Shown: piece by piece, positions 1 through 11,860 of the stretch
How positions within the stretch are numbered: position 1 is the stretch's first letter
Layout of the letters: every line of letters starts with the position of its first letter
Source: Octopus sinensis
Taxonomy: Eukaryota
Direction of reading: 5' to 3'
DNA length: 64,000 nucleotides
Assembly: GCF_006345805.1 (NCBI RefSeq)
Contig: NC_043003.1
Location: forward strand, 90,768,001 to 90,832,000
The notes under the pieces: generated by a model
What the model was told of the DNA's origin: nothing
Databases searched by the model: none
The model's input: the letters and a program-made list of their open reading frames with translations, nothing else
Position numbers and translations under genes: made by a program

Positions 1-60
1 GTCTCGGGCTGACCAAAGCTTTCTGAATGGTAGACAGAAACTGAAAAAAGCCCATCATGT
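1..60 (+). mobile_element. 3' fragment of tRNA/CORE-like SINE (family B)
   Basis: ctcgggctgaccaaagc...ggtagacagaaactgaaa matches the tail of fuller copies at 17570-17960 and 51505-51900; followed by (TG)n. Confidence 0.7.
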
Positions 61-576
61 GTATGTGTGTGCGTGCATGTGTGTGTGTGTGTGTGTGTAT
101 GTGTGTGTGCGTGCATGCATGTGTGTGAGTGTATGTGTGTATGTGTGTGTGTGTGTGTGACTCTGTGTTTGCTCCCCAGTACTGCTTCACAACTGGTTTA
201 TTATCATTGTTATTGTAGTTATCATCATCATCATTGTCCTCCTCCTCCTCTTTATCGTTCCCATTATTAATATTTTAATTGGCACCAAACAAAATGGGGA
301 ATGAAATCCTTTTGTATTCCAAGGCCAAATCTTGCTGAAGGTCAACTTTGGCTTTTGTCCTTTCAGGATCATTAATATAAGTAGCAGACAAAGTATTGGA
401 GTCAATTAAACTGACCACTCCCCTGTTCTGTGAATTCAGGATAGTGTGCCATTGGCAGAAACCATAGTAGTGGTGACAGTGGTGGTGGTGGTAGTGGTGG
501 TGTTAGGGTAGTGAGGATGGTGATGATGGTGGTGCTGGTGATGACAATAGTAATAAGGTGGAGAAGGAAAAAAATA

Positions 577-673
577 GAAGAAGAAGAAGAAGAAGAAGAA
601 GAAGACGAAGACGAAGAAGAAGAAGAAGAAGAAGAAGAAGAAGAAGAAGAAGAAGAAGAAGAAGAAGAAGAAG

Positions 674-703
<30 letters not shown>
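577..703 (+). repeat. (GAA)n microsatellite with GAC interruptions
   Basis: Direct reading; produces the poly-E pseudo-ORF 511..714. Confidence 0.97.
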
Positions 704-705
<2 letters not shown>

Positions 706-883
706 GAAAGTTGATGGTGATGATAATGAATAAATAAATATAAATAGATTGATTAAGAAATGAAATCTACCTACAAATGCTTATCTGCAGTGCGTAGATA
801 TACTAACCAACAACCTAATCCAGGCCTTCTATTTTTACTTGCAACTTCAGTTGTTGCAGTACTAGCTTTGCTTATGGTAAGCA

Positions 884-886
<3 letters not shown>

Positions 887-932
<46 letters not shown>

Positions 933-1142
933 TAAATAAATAAATAAATAAAAGCCTAGTTAATACGAAGCCCATTCAGCTATGTTGTAGCCAGCAGTAC
1001 ACCTACATACATCACTGCATTTACATTCCAGACTCTCTTTGAAATAACACCAACTACGACAAGAACAGTAATAATAATGATGAAAATAATGATGATCAAG
1101 ATAATACCAATAATAATGATAATAAAAATAATAATGATGATG

Positions 1143-1188
<46 letters not shown>

Positions 1189-1203
1189 TAATAATAATAA
1201 TAA
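887..1203. repeat. (AAT)n/(AAAT)n arrays
   Basis: Direct reading, 887-952 and about 1075-1203. Confidence 0.9.
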
Positions 1204-1270
1204 TTGAAGACACACAAGATATCAAAATATCGTTCACTAGATAACAATGGCACTCGTCTTTTAATAATAA

Positions 1271-1490
1271 TAATCCTTTCTACTATAGGCACAAGGCCTG
1301 GATTTTGTGGAGAGGGGGACAGTTGATCGCATCAACCCCAGTACTCAACTGGTACTTGATTTATCGACCCCGAAAGGATGAAAGGCAAAGTTGACCTTGG
1401 TGGAATTTGAAATCAGAACGTAGTAGCAGACAAAATACCACTAAGCATTTTGCCTGGTATGCTAACGATTCTGCCAGCTCACTGCCTAAT
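1271..1490 (-). mobile_element. tRNA-derived SINE (family A)
   Basis: Reverse complement of ggcagtgagctggcagaatcgttagc...ttcaaattccaccaaggtcaactttgcctttcatcc, which recurs many times in the window. Confidence 0.85.
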
Positions 1491-1507
1491 AATGATAATA
1501 ATAATAA

Positions 1508-2032
1508 ATGCCCTGATGCAGTACCAGGCAGTGGTATCATGTACATTGTTTTGTCTTGGTATAAAAGATGGGCTACAGCAAATATTCTGCTCAATACCAC
1601 AGATTTACATGTCAGTTGTTTGACCTTAACCAGTTGAATATGTCCTTTGGTGGCTGACGCTATGTGCATCTCTGATCCCAACTAGAAGTATTGGGAAGCA
1701 TGATAACCATATGTCGAGAGGAATTCTATGGAGTTTGAATAATTCACCTCTGGAAACATGGATGTTTCACTCAATATCCTTAAACAAGCTTTATTCAGGG
1801 ACCATTTGAGTGGAACAGGCTACTCGACCTGAAGAAAATTTCAACTGGGTACCACCTGCAAGGTCATGTGCTGTTTATCTTGATATGAAATTACCATGTT
1901 GTGCATATATAGTTGTGATGCATGTGCCTGGTGTACCCTTATCAGATGGGTAGTTATGATGGGTATACTGGGCTTCGTATATTTGTACCCCAGCGTCACT
2001 TTGATGACATGCATTGCTCTTTCACTTACTCA
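1508..2032. mobile_element. Unclassified ~530-560 bp interspersed repeat in (AAT)n, copy 1
   Basis: Colinear with 2392-2949; both begin atgccctgatgcagtaccaggcagtgg and are flanked by AAT-type arrays; copy 1 has a ~36-bp deletion. Confidence 0.8.
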
Positions 2033-2033
2033 A

Positions 2034-2071
<38 letters not shown>

Positions 2072-2098
2072 ACAAGAATAATAATAATAATAATAATA

Positions 2099-2151
<53 letters not shown>

Positions 2152-2160
2152 AATAATAAT
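2033..2160. repeat. Compound (CTA)n(AAT)n(GAT)n microsatellite
   Basis: Direct reading. Confidence 0.95.
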
Positions 2161-2350
2161 TATCTTGAGAAGTACATGGAACAAATAGGGGCCGCAATAA
2201 GGGTGGAGCACTTGCAGAAAACAGCATTGCTTGGACCCAATCGAATACTCTGGAAGGTGCTCGAAAAATAATGGGTGTTACCTTAGTTCACTGGTAGTGA
2301 ACAGCTAACACCATAGTACATCTCCAGCGTTAGAAGCTCTGCAAAGGCAA
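2160..2350 (+). mobile_element. 5'-truncated 3' end of R4/Dong-type non-LTR element
   Basis: LEKYMEQIGAAIRVEHLQKTALLGPNRILWKVLEK* resembles the LQK..LLGT.RILRKVL C-terminus of RLE-type elements; flanked by (AAT)n. Confidence 0.75.
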
Positions 2351-2351
2351 T

Positions 2352-2391
<40 letters not shown>

Positions 2392-2394
<3 letters not shown>

Positions 2395-2949
2395 GCCCTG
2401 ATGCAGTACCAGGCAGTGGCTCTCATGGCTTCTGATCTTAACTGATTGAAAGTGTTATCATGTACATTGTTTGGTCTTGGTATAAAAGATGGGCTACAGC
2501 AAATATTCTGCTCAATACCACAGATTTGCCTGTCAGTTGTTTGACCTTAACTAATTGAGCATGTCCCTTAGTGGCTGACGATATGTGCATCTCTGATCTC
2601 GAGCAGAAGCAGTAGGGGAGCATCATAGCCATATGTTGAGAGGGATTCTTTGGCGTTTGAATAATTCATCTCTGGAAACATGGGTGTTTCATTCAACATT
2701 CTTAAACAACCCTTATTCAAGGACCTTTTGAGCAGGATGGGTTACTTGACCAGAAGAAAATTTTAACTGGGCCCCACCTGCAAGGTCATATGCTGTTTAT
2801 CTTGATATGAGATCACCATGTCATGCACATATGGTTGTGATGCATGTGTCTAGTGTACCCTTATCAGACGGGTAGTCATGATGGGTATACTGGGTTTCGT
2901 ATATTTTACCCCAGTGTCACTTTGATGGCATGCACTGCTTTCTCACTCA
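2392..2949. mobile_element. Unclassified ~530-560 bp interspersed repeat in (AAT)n, copy 2
   Basis: Colinear with 1508-2032; (AAT)n on both sides. Confidence 0.8.
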
Positions 2950-3576
2950 ATAATAATAATAATAATTCAATGAGAAGATAAACAACTTTTTGGAGAAAGC
3001 AGTGAGAGTGTGGGAAGCAGAACTGACATGTGCAAATGAATTGCTAGATAACAGGAAAATGCACAGAGGAATTTTCCAGGCCTGCCTATGAGTTTACTAA
3101 AATCAAGATGGGAATAAATCACCTACTTTATATAGATGATCTCAAGCTATATACAAAACATAAGACAGACCTAGATTCTCTGATCTTAACAGTAAGAGTA
3201 TTCAGTAAAGAAATTAGTATGCAATTTAGGGTAGATAAGTGTGCAATGCTATTTTTAAAGAGAGGGAAGAAGGTAAATTCTGATGGCATAAAACTACCTC
3301 AAAACAACATCCTTAGAGTGTGGTGGAGTGATGAGGGATACAAAAACTTAAGAGTGCTATAAGACAATAGGATAATGGCAAGAGAAATGAGGGTAAAAGT
3401 CACTTCGTAGTACAAGAGGAGAATTAAGAATAGTCTCAAAAGATTTTAATGGAGGAACATCATTAAAGCCATAAATACATGAGCTGTGTCAGTATTGAGA
3501 TAATCTGTTCCCTTTCTGAAATGGACATAAATCAAGCTGCAGAACTTGGATAGAAGAACTAGAAAGCTGTTCACAA

Positions 3577-3811
3577 TGAAGGTGGCGAGCTGGCAGAAAT
3601 GTTAGCATGCTGGACGAAATGCTTAGCAGTTTTTCGTCTGCCACTATGTTTTGAGTTCAAATTCCACCAAGGTCGACTTTGCCTTTCATCCTTTTGGGCT
3701 CCATAAATTAAGTACCAGTTATGCACTAGGTTCGATGTAATCAACTTAATCCATTTGTCTGTTCTTGTTTGTCCCCTCTATGTTTAGCTCCTTGTGGGCA
3801 ATAAAGAAATA
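3577..3811 (+). mobile_element. SINE family A inserted in the R4 element
   Basis: 16-bp TSD agaaagctgttcacaa at 3561-3576 and 3812-3827. Confidence 0.9.
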
Positions 3812-4313
3812 AGAAAGCTGTTCACAAGGCACAATGCACTCCATCTTAAAAGTAATATTAATGGGCTCTACCAAGAAAGGAAAGTGGTGGAGGACTACAA
3901 AATGCAGAAGACACTGTTTGTAATTATGCAGAAGACACTGAGAAATTATGTTGTGCAGAGTAAAGAAAGAATACTTTTGGCAGCCAGAGATACGCCCCAA
4001 AAATGACTGAAACAGTGGGAGAATTCCAAGAGTAAAATAAGAACAACAAAATAAACAAATGGAAAGAAATGGAATTACATGGCCAATTCCTGCAACAAAC
4101 TGAGAATTTTGGAAGTAAAGATCATTGGTTTTGGTTGACAAACAGGAACTTGATAGGAGATAAAGAAATGCTAGTTATAGCTGTTCAGGAACAAGCCCTT
4201 GGAACAAACCTGATAAAGGCAAAGATTGACAAAACTTAGTCAGACAGCAAATGTAGAATCTGCAGGAGAGGAGATGAGAGTATTGATCACATTTTGAGTG
4301 AGTGCAGTATACT

Positions 4314-4723
4314 AGTGTAGGTGCAATTACCTCCCCTGATGGTAGCTGCCTAAATAGCTCACCACTAGGTGGCACAACATGTAACTCTAATGTTCCAGCA
4401 GTTAGCCCTTCCTCTTTGTCATCGCAACAGCAGAGTGTGAGGACGTGACCTTGTTAGCTCTTGCATAATGTACGCAACAGCTAACAGACATTGAACAGCT
4501 ATGATGTAGAATACGCAGAAGCTGGACATGGCCTTTGCATGTAAACTCTTCCATGATTATTCAGCTTGTATATCTTTGTGATCTGGAGTAAAAGCATTTA
4601 AAAGTTACAGCTTGGTTCTATGAATTCATTGCACAGTGTTTTTTCTTTGAATGACATCTATTCCTGCCTTCTGAACGAAGTGGTCATTAGATGTGAGACC
4701 ACCAAGTGCGACCACAACCATCA
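4314..4723. mobile_element. Solo-LTR-like insertion in the R4 zinc-finger region
   Basis: Removing it restores HILSECSILAQKECKCRHD; imperfect 5-bp TSD atact/attct; near-terminal tgtagg, ends ccatca. Confidence 0.55.
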
Positions 4724-5149
4724 ATTCTTGCACAAAAAGAGTGTAAGTGCAGACATGACTATTTAGGCAAAAAAAGTGCCAAGTGTGCAGCTTCAAAACA
4801 ACAGACAAGTGGTATGAACAAGAACCAGAAGATGTAATAGAAAATGTCAATTACAAGATCTGGTGAGACTCCCCCATAAAGACTGGCCATATTATTGAAG
4901 TAAAAGGACCAGATATAATTACAGAGGATAAAATAAACAGGGAAAGATTATGGGTTTTGCAATTCCCTATGATAGCAGAGTCGATACCAAAGAAATGGAA
5001 AAAATTGAGAAATACAAAGATCTTGCCAGAAAGCTAAGGAGACAGTGAAAGACCAAAACAATTCTTCCTGTAGCAATCGGTGCACTTTGTACAGTACCCA
5101 AAATGCTACCTAAAGGACTGAAAGCAATTTCAGGGGAGAGGGCTAAGTT

Positions 5150-5750
5150 GATTAAATTGACCCCAGTGCTCAACTGGTGCTTATTTTATTGATCCTGAAA
5201 TGATGAAAGGTAAAGTCGACCCTGGTGGCATTTGAACCTAGAACCTTAAGATGGATAAAATGCCACTAGACATTTTGCCTGGCATGCTAAAAATTCTGCC
5301 AGCTTGCTGCCTTGTGAAAATAATAATGTTTTGAATTTTCAGAAATTTTAGGGGAGGAGTAAGCTGATTACACCGACCCCCTATGTTCAACTGTCACTTA
5401 TTTTCTCAACCCCAAAAGATTGAAAGGCAAAGTTGACCACGGCCAAATTTGAACTGAAAATGTAAGGAAGAATGAAATGCCTGGTGTGCTAATGATTCTG
5501 CTAACTCACTGCCTTATGATAATGATAATAACAATACTCCTTTATACTATTGGCACAAGGCCTGACATTTGGAGAGGGATTGGTCGATTATATCAACCCC
5601 AGTACTCAACTGGCACTTAATTCATTGATCCCAAAAGGATGAAAAGCAAAGTTGACCTCAGCGGAATTTGAACTCAGAATGTAATGACAGATGAAATATT
5701 GCTAAGCATTTTGCCTGGCATACTAACAATTCTGCCAGCTCACCACCTTC
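5150..5750 (-). mobile_element. Three tandem SINE family A copies
   Basis: Copies at about 5150-5315, 5340-5515 and 5537-5750, separated by short AAT runs. Confidence 0.8.
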
Positions 5751-5799
5751 AATAATAATACCTGATAATTTATTCAAATCATGTGAATATCTAAAGTTA

Positions 5800-6350
5800 C
5801 AGGTAGTAACCCACTACCCACATAGATTATACCAAAAATTAGACCGATCTTGAATTGAGTCAAAAATAATAGTCTGACACAAAAAGTGATGAAAAATGTC
5901 CAGAAAATGTTTTCTATTTCATGGCCTGACAAAAGCTGGAAGGCCAAATTTCTTCAAACATCTAAAAAGACTTAGGAACATTTCATTCATTAGTACCTGG
6001 AGATGATTGGAGTGGTAACTTAAATGCATGTAAAGATTGTGTTGGAATAACCAATATAAGGAGGTGTGCAAAAGTTTCACACACCTGTTCCAGCCATCTA
6101 AATTATTTACAAATATCACCTGAATTTCATAAGTACATCGATGTAGACATGAACAAACCTCAGTGGCTCATCCAGCTCATACATGGACATTTATCAAAAG
6201 AACAGAGCAGTACTCGTGACTTTGGGAAATAAGTTTTTATCCATAAAATTGTCAAAGCATGGAATAAACTATGTGTGTCAGTTGTTAGCTCTCAGGTCAC
6301 TGTATCCTTAAAAAATTTTATGCTTTCTAATATTCACCAACACTACTCCC
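5800..6350 (+). mobile_element. Highly decayed CR1-like 3' relic
   Basis: cataaaattgtcaaagcatggaataaacta = HKIVKAWNKL, like the RV..WN.LP C-terminal motif of CR1-type ORF2. Confidence 0.4.
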
Positions 6351-7044
6351 AATGTGTATATGCACCCTTTCTTCTTTATGGTTCTATCACTGTTCACTTG
6401 CCTGTTTGTTTTTGTGTGTGTGTGTGTTTTATTCTGCATACTCGTACCCCACAGGGGTCAATATTGAGTTGGCCAGCCCAAGTCTAAAGTATTCAACAAA
6501 GTTTGTCATTGCTACCTCTTGTCTTTTCTAATTATAGTTGGTTTGGGTTCCATCTTCAGAAGCTGAATCTCTCCAATGTACAACAACACCTGTTCAGTGG
6601 TCCCTTTATTAAAACTGCTTCCCTCTTGTGCTCTAGCTAGTTCTCGTGATTCATGCTGTGTTACACATAAAATAGATATTGTTTAATAACTGATGAGCAC
6701 AAATATGTAAGTTAGGCAATCCATTAAGGTGCTAGCCTAATTTATGATTGCTTTATATGGCAGACAAATGTTTTATGCTTTTGTGTGGGAAAAGAAGTTG
6801 GGTGCATCTTCTCTGAGGAACAGTGATTAAACTGTTAATTGGTTTCTCTTTTCTGCACATAAAAAGCATAGAAAGAATGTGTTTACAACGTTATTTCACC
6901 CACAGTAAGGCTTTGTAATATTTAAATAGACACACACACATACATACATACATATATACATATAAATATACACACATATATAAATATACATACATACATA
7001 CATATATAGATATACCACCACAACCACCATCATTATCATAATCA

Positions 7045-7330
7045 TCATCATCATCATCATCATTTAACATCCATTTTCCATGCTGGCATTGGTTGGATAG
7101 TTTGACAGGAGCTGGTTTAGCAGAAGACTGCACCGTACTTCACTGTCTGTTCTGGCATGGTTTTTACAGCTGGATGCCCTTTCTAATACCAACCACTCTA
7201 CAGAGTGGACTGAATGCTTTTTACGTGGCATCAACACTGGCAGGGTCACCAATTAACTTGAAGACAATGATTCTTTGAGAGGGGATGGGGCGTTGGAGGA
7301 GGATATCTTGTGCCAGATGATGAAAGGCTA
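7045..7330 (-). mobile_element. RTE 3'-end fragment
   Basis: (cat)n tail + tttaacatcc...ccatgctggcat...ctggatgccc, homologous to the 3' end of the RTE at 38850-41575. Confidence 0.75.
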
Positions 7331-7767
7331 AAGTGTAACTGAGAGAGAGAAAAAAGGTGTCTTACTGTAAAGGTGGTACATGGTTACCTGGTCAGAGAGA
7401 GAGAGAGAGAAAGAGAAAGAGAAAGACTGAGGCCAGTAAGAGGTGTGTTGCTGTTGAGGAGATACATGGTTAACCACACAGGGATAGAGCAAGAGAAAAA
7501 GAGAGAGTGCAAGAGAGCAGTAGAAAGATGGTGGCAAAGCACCAGGGCATGCTCACAAGGAACAGGGATCAAAATAAATGGGATGGTGGAGAAGAGCAAG
7601 GGAGAGATAAATGGAAGCAAAGTGTAAGGGCATACCCTCAAGATACAGGGTCAGAGTATATATGGTTGGGTATTGCCAAGGTGCATGAGCAGGGAGTAGA
7701 GACTTGACATGAATGCAAAGGGTTGTCCCCCACCCCCTCTATATGCCCAGGTTTTACCAGTCACTGC

Positions 7768-7807
<40 letters not shown>

Positions 7808-8794
7808 GTATGTCTTTTCATATTTACCCATATGGCTGGATATTGAAACAATATAACATATGAAGATTTGGATGAATTCAAAGTAGAAATTATAAAACAA
7901 AATTCAATAGACTTCAGCAACCCTTGTTAATACGATTCATTCTTTGCCTGCTTGACTGATAAAATGACCACTAAAATTTGAAGAATTAGTTCTTATAATC
8001 TAGCTGCTATAGATAAATGTTTCACTCAATTTAACATTCACTAGCTAATAACAGACTTGATATCATTCTGTTTGGCAATTGAGGAAGTAATGGTTGGCAA
8101 TGATTTTATCTTTATAACAAAGAATAATTTCCTGCAGTTACCTGCATGTTTAGTTTACATTTTTACAAATGTTATACTATTATAAAAGATAACCTAAGTA
8201 GATGAGGTGATGGCTGAGTCTTTATACTTAGTAAAACCGGTTTATTATCAGCTTAACATGTGGATGAGGTTATTGCTTGTATAGTTGGGGAAGTGTGATT
8301 ACAGTGCACAAGAACACATAAAGAATACTTTAGCATTGGAAGAAAATACGGTCATCTACTGTTTACTATGGGAGGCTGTAGGTGTAACAATTATTTTGTT
8401 CAATTGGAAGTTCAGCTTTTATAGTAGAGAGAATACTCTGCCAAGTAAAAAATTTTTCACATAAATTTTCTCTCAGATCATTATATTTTGCTTAGAAAAT
8501 TGCTTTTAGGATAAAGTTTTCTAAAACTGACACAAATTCATGTATTGTTATGGAAGAACATTATGAGCTGAATCAAATTCAGCGTTTTTTATTTATCAAT
8601 CCTAGAGATGAAATGTATAATAAAACCACTGTAAGATTTTCATTTGAATCTAAAATATAGAGGGACTAAACTAAATTCTATATGGAATTTAGTTTGGCCC
8701 TCTGCCATCTCTGCCACGTCATTCATCTAATAATACTAATTTGGTAGCAATTCCTTTGAATAAATGGATGAATGGTTTTAGGTTTATAGACAGA

Positions 8795-8960
8795 CACAAT
8801 GGCTTAATGGCAGTACTACTATGAAAAAAATTAAAAGTTCAGGATTCCAGGTACAGATCCAGTGAGTAGCATCTTGGGTAAGTATCTTCCACTATAGCCT
8901 GGGGCAACCAAAGCCTTGTGAGTGGATTTGGTAGACGAAAACTGAAAGACATCCATCGTA
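8795..8960 (+). mobile_element. SINE family B (decayed)
   Basis: tggcttaatgg...ttgggtaagtatcttccactatagcc...ccaaagccttgtgagtggatttggtagac. Confidence 0.7.
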
Positions 8961-8984
8961 TGTGTGTGTGTGTGTATATATATC

Positions 8985-9440
8985 ATCATCATCATCATCA
9001 TCGTTTAACGTCCGTTCTCCATGCTAGCATGGGTTGGACAGTTCGACCGGGGTCTGGGAAGCCAGAAGGCTGCACCAGGCTCCAGTCTTATCTGGCAATG
9101 TTTCTACAGCTGGATGCCCTTCCTAACGCCAACCACTCCGTGAGTGTAGTGGGTGCTTTTTACGTGCCACCTGCACAGATGCCAGGCGAGGCTGGCAACG
9201 GCCATGGTCGCATTGGTGCATTTTACGTGCCACCGGCATGGAAGCCAGTCGAGGCGGCACTGGCATCGGCCACGGTTTGGATGGTGCATTTTACGTGCCA
9301 CCGGCACGGAAGCCAGTTGAGGCGGCGCTGGCATCGACCACGATTCAGATAGTGCTTTTTATGTACCACCAGTCCAGGGGTCCTGGCATCTGCCGGATGC
9401 CAGTCATAGGATTGGTTCAATTTCGATTCCGATTTCGATT
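8985..9440 (-). mobile_element. RTE 3' UTR fragment with internal 63-68 bp tandem units
   Basis: (cat)n tail, gtttaacgtccg...; units centred on ttttacgtgccacc at 9161, 9224, 9292 and a variant at 9360. Confidence 0.8.
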
Positions 9441-9462
9441 TTGATTTCGATTTCACTTATAG

Positions 9463-9650
9463 TTAATATATATGTATATATATTTATATATATATGTATA
9501 TATATGTATATATATGTATATATATATGTATATATATTTATATATATTTATATATATATGTATATATATGTATATATATATGTATATATATGTATATATA
9601 TGTATATATATTTATTCATGTACATATGTCTGTGTGTGTGTGTGTGTATT
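9463..9650. repeat. (TA)n/(TATG) compound microsatellite
   Basis: Direct reading. Confidence 0.95.
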
Positions 9651-9922
9651 TGTATTTAGAAAGGCATTCAACTGTAAAAACAATGCCAAACAGACAGTGG
9701 AGCTTGGTGCAGTCTTCTTCACTTGCTAGCTCCTGTCAAACTGTCCAAACCCTGCCAGTAGGAAGCCAGGCATTAAGTGATGATGATGATGATGATGATG
9801 GTGGTATTGGTGATGATCTTCTCCAATGAAAGACTCCAACCCCATTACAATAGAATGTTCTTCTCACAACACACAAAGTTATTCCATCCTGTGAAGTTCA
9901 TAGTTCCATGTATTTTATCTTT

Positions 9923-9965
<43 letters not shown>

Positions 9966-11214
9966 CTTACTTTTCATTTTATCTACTATTAATTCACGAG
10001 GGCAAGGGAACTTTTTAACTACATGCTAATGTTTCAACATTATTTTACTCACAACATGCAAACTTTATTTCGTTGTGTGAACTTTATACTTCCATGTATC
10101 TCTTCTCTCTCACCCTCTCTCTTACCCTTGTCCTGGTCTCTCTCTCTGTCTTTTTCAGCTAGATGCTAATGTTTTATCATTCTTCGTGGCAGCTCACTTG
10201 CTCATCACATCAGAAGTCCATTCTCATCACAATACTCCAACGCATGCAATACTGTAGTGTGAACTTTACATTTCCACATATTTATCTCTCCTTTTTTTCC
10301 CATTCTTTCCCATTTATCTATTTTGTTATTAATTCATTTATTTGTTGTGTTGTCTAACTTAGATGTTAATGTTTCAACAACTAGAGTTTATGTAGCCAGT
10401 AGCTAATGCAAGGCTGTGTGATAAGATGTCCATGTATAGCATCTGCTTTACGGAGAGAGAAGATACCAGAATCTTCAGATCACTTACTGGCTTTAGTATG
10501 TAAATTGATAGACAGCCACAGATTGCGTTATGTAGATGGAGCTCCTGTTAACATACCAGTTTCCTACACACTATTTTGTACACTACCAATAACAATCATA
10601 TGACTAAGACAGGTTTCTGTGTAACTAAAAATAACTTCCTATCACTTGGTTTTCTTCTTTTTTTTTTCTCTTTTCTTAGTATGGTGGAAGTATCTTTGTT
10701 AAGTCTGCTTCTTTCTCTATAAGCATATCAGTATATTTCTCCTCTATAGAACTGATTTTATGTTTCTCTTTCATTATCTTACTCTTTTTAGTTGATTCTC
10801 TAATATTCCTGCCAACATATTTTTCTACTGTTATTTTTTTCTTTTTCTTTTCATCCCCCCACCATCATTTCCTCTCCTCTCTCTAACTTTCGACCTTCAT
10901 AAATAAAAAAAATATGACCTGAGAGAAATATTTCAGAGTGTCCAGTGGCATGTGCATTAATGAACAACATAGACAAATGAAGGTATATCAAACACCATAC
11001 AATAAAAATTCTTGATTTCCTAAGACTGTCTCCACCTCCACATGTATCACAGTTGCCAAATAGCAACTGAGAACACCTCCTTATGAGAGTAGAGATAAAC
11101 TCAAGAATTTATTTGTGTGGAAGTTGATATAACTGCAGTTGATTATGCTATTCAAATACATGTCACCTGGCCACTTGTTTAATGTATGTAAATTACCTAG
11201 GCATAAATGTGTTA

Positions 11215-11860
11215 CCTTTTTACTTGTTTCAGTCATTAGACTGTGGCCACGTTGGGGCACTACTCTGAAACATTTTAGTCAAGTGAATTGACAACCCCCC
11301 CTACTTATTTTTCATTTGCTTTTACTGAACTGCTAAGTTACAGGGATGTAAACTGTTGTATGGGGAATCTGTACACCCCCGTGATTGGCTAAGTGAACTA
11401 TACTAGTTTGTATAAATGAGTATGCGCAGAACAGTCTGAGATGAGTGTCATATGTGCAGTTATAGTGTACAGGTCGTGGGAATTATTGAATAGAGATATC
11501 ATGGAGTGGTTGTTGAAGACACACAGTTGGAGAGTCATAAGAGAACACCAGAAACGTTTGATAGTATAACAGTTCAGATATAACAGTGACGAAGAGAAGT
11601 CATATGTCATATCATAAACACACAAACACCAGTTATCAAGTGGTGGTTGGGGGACAAACACAGACACAAAGACATACACAAATAGATAAATACACAACAG
11701 GCTTCTTTAGGATTCTGTCTACCGAATCCCCTCCCAAGGCTTTGGTCAGCACAAGGCTGTTGTAGAAGACACTTGCCCAAGGTGCCTCACAGTGGGGTCA
11801 AACCCAGAACCATGTGGTTGGGAAGCAAACTTCTTATCCCACAGCCACACCTGAGTCTAA
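11215..11860 (-). mobile_element. SINE family B interrupted by a solo LTR
   Basis: The two SINE halves join across 11354-11614; contains acttgcccaagg (ccttgggcaagt on minus, CORE-like motif). Confidence 0.8.
11354..11614. mobile_element. 261-bp solo LTR
   Basis: TG...CA termini (tgttgtatg...catatca); perfect 5-bp TSD taaac at 11349-11353 and 11615-11619. Confidence 0.8.

Larger units (their letters stand above)
2965..5135 (+). mobile_element. Decayed R4/Dong-type RLE retrotransposon (RT, CCHC finger, restriction-like endonuclease)
   Basis: INHLLYIDDLKLY RT motif (3108-3362); CRICRRGDESIDHILSEC CCHC then RHD; PDII...AIPYD...KIEKYKDLA RLE motifs (about 4900-5030); many stops and frameshifts; interrupted by two insertions. 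Confidence 0.85.

Noticed and set aside
511-714. Poly-Glu ORF, and similar poly-I/N/D/H ORFs at 960-1292, 2014-2271, 15932-16206, 30865-31479
   Set aside because: Trinucleotide repeat read-through
6516-6680. Open minus-strand frame containing LLYIGE (GIY-YIG-like) or a possible exon
   Set aside because: Weak splice signals, only about 57 codons, and no other GIY-YIG residues in register
9150-9420. CRISPR-like repeat-spacer array
   Set aside because: The spacers are homologous to each other, the array is part of an RTE 3' UTR, the context is eukaryotic and there are no cas genes
10488-10544. Candidate 57-nt minus-strand exon (ag/gtaagt; ELHLHNAICGCLSIYILKP)
   Set aside because: Upstream tract is purine-rich, the peptide is unrecognisable and no partner exons could be chained; RNA-seq junction reads would be needed
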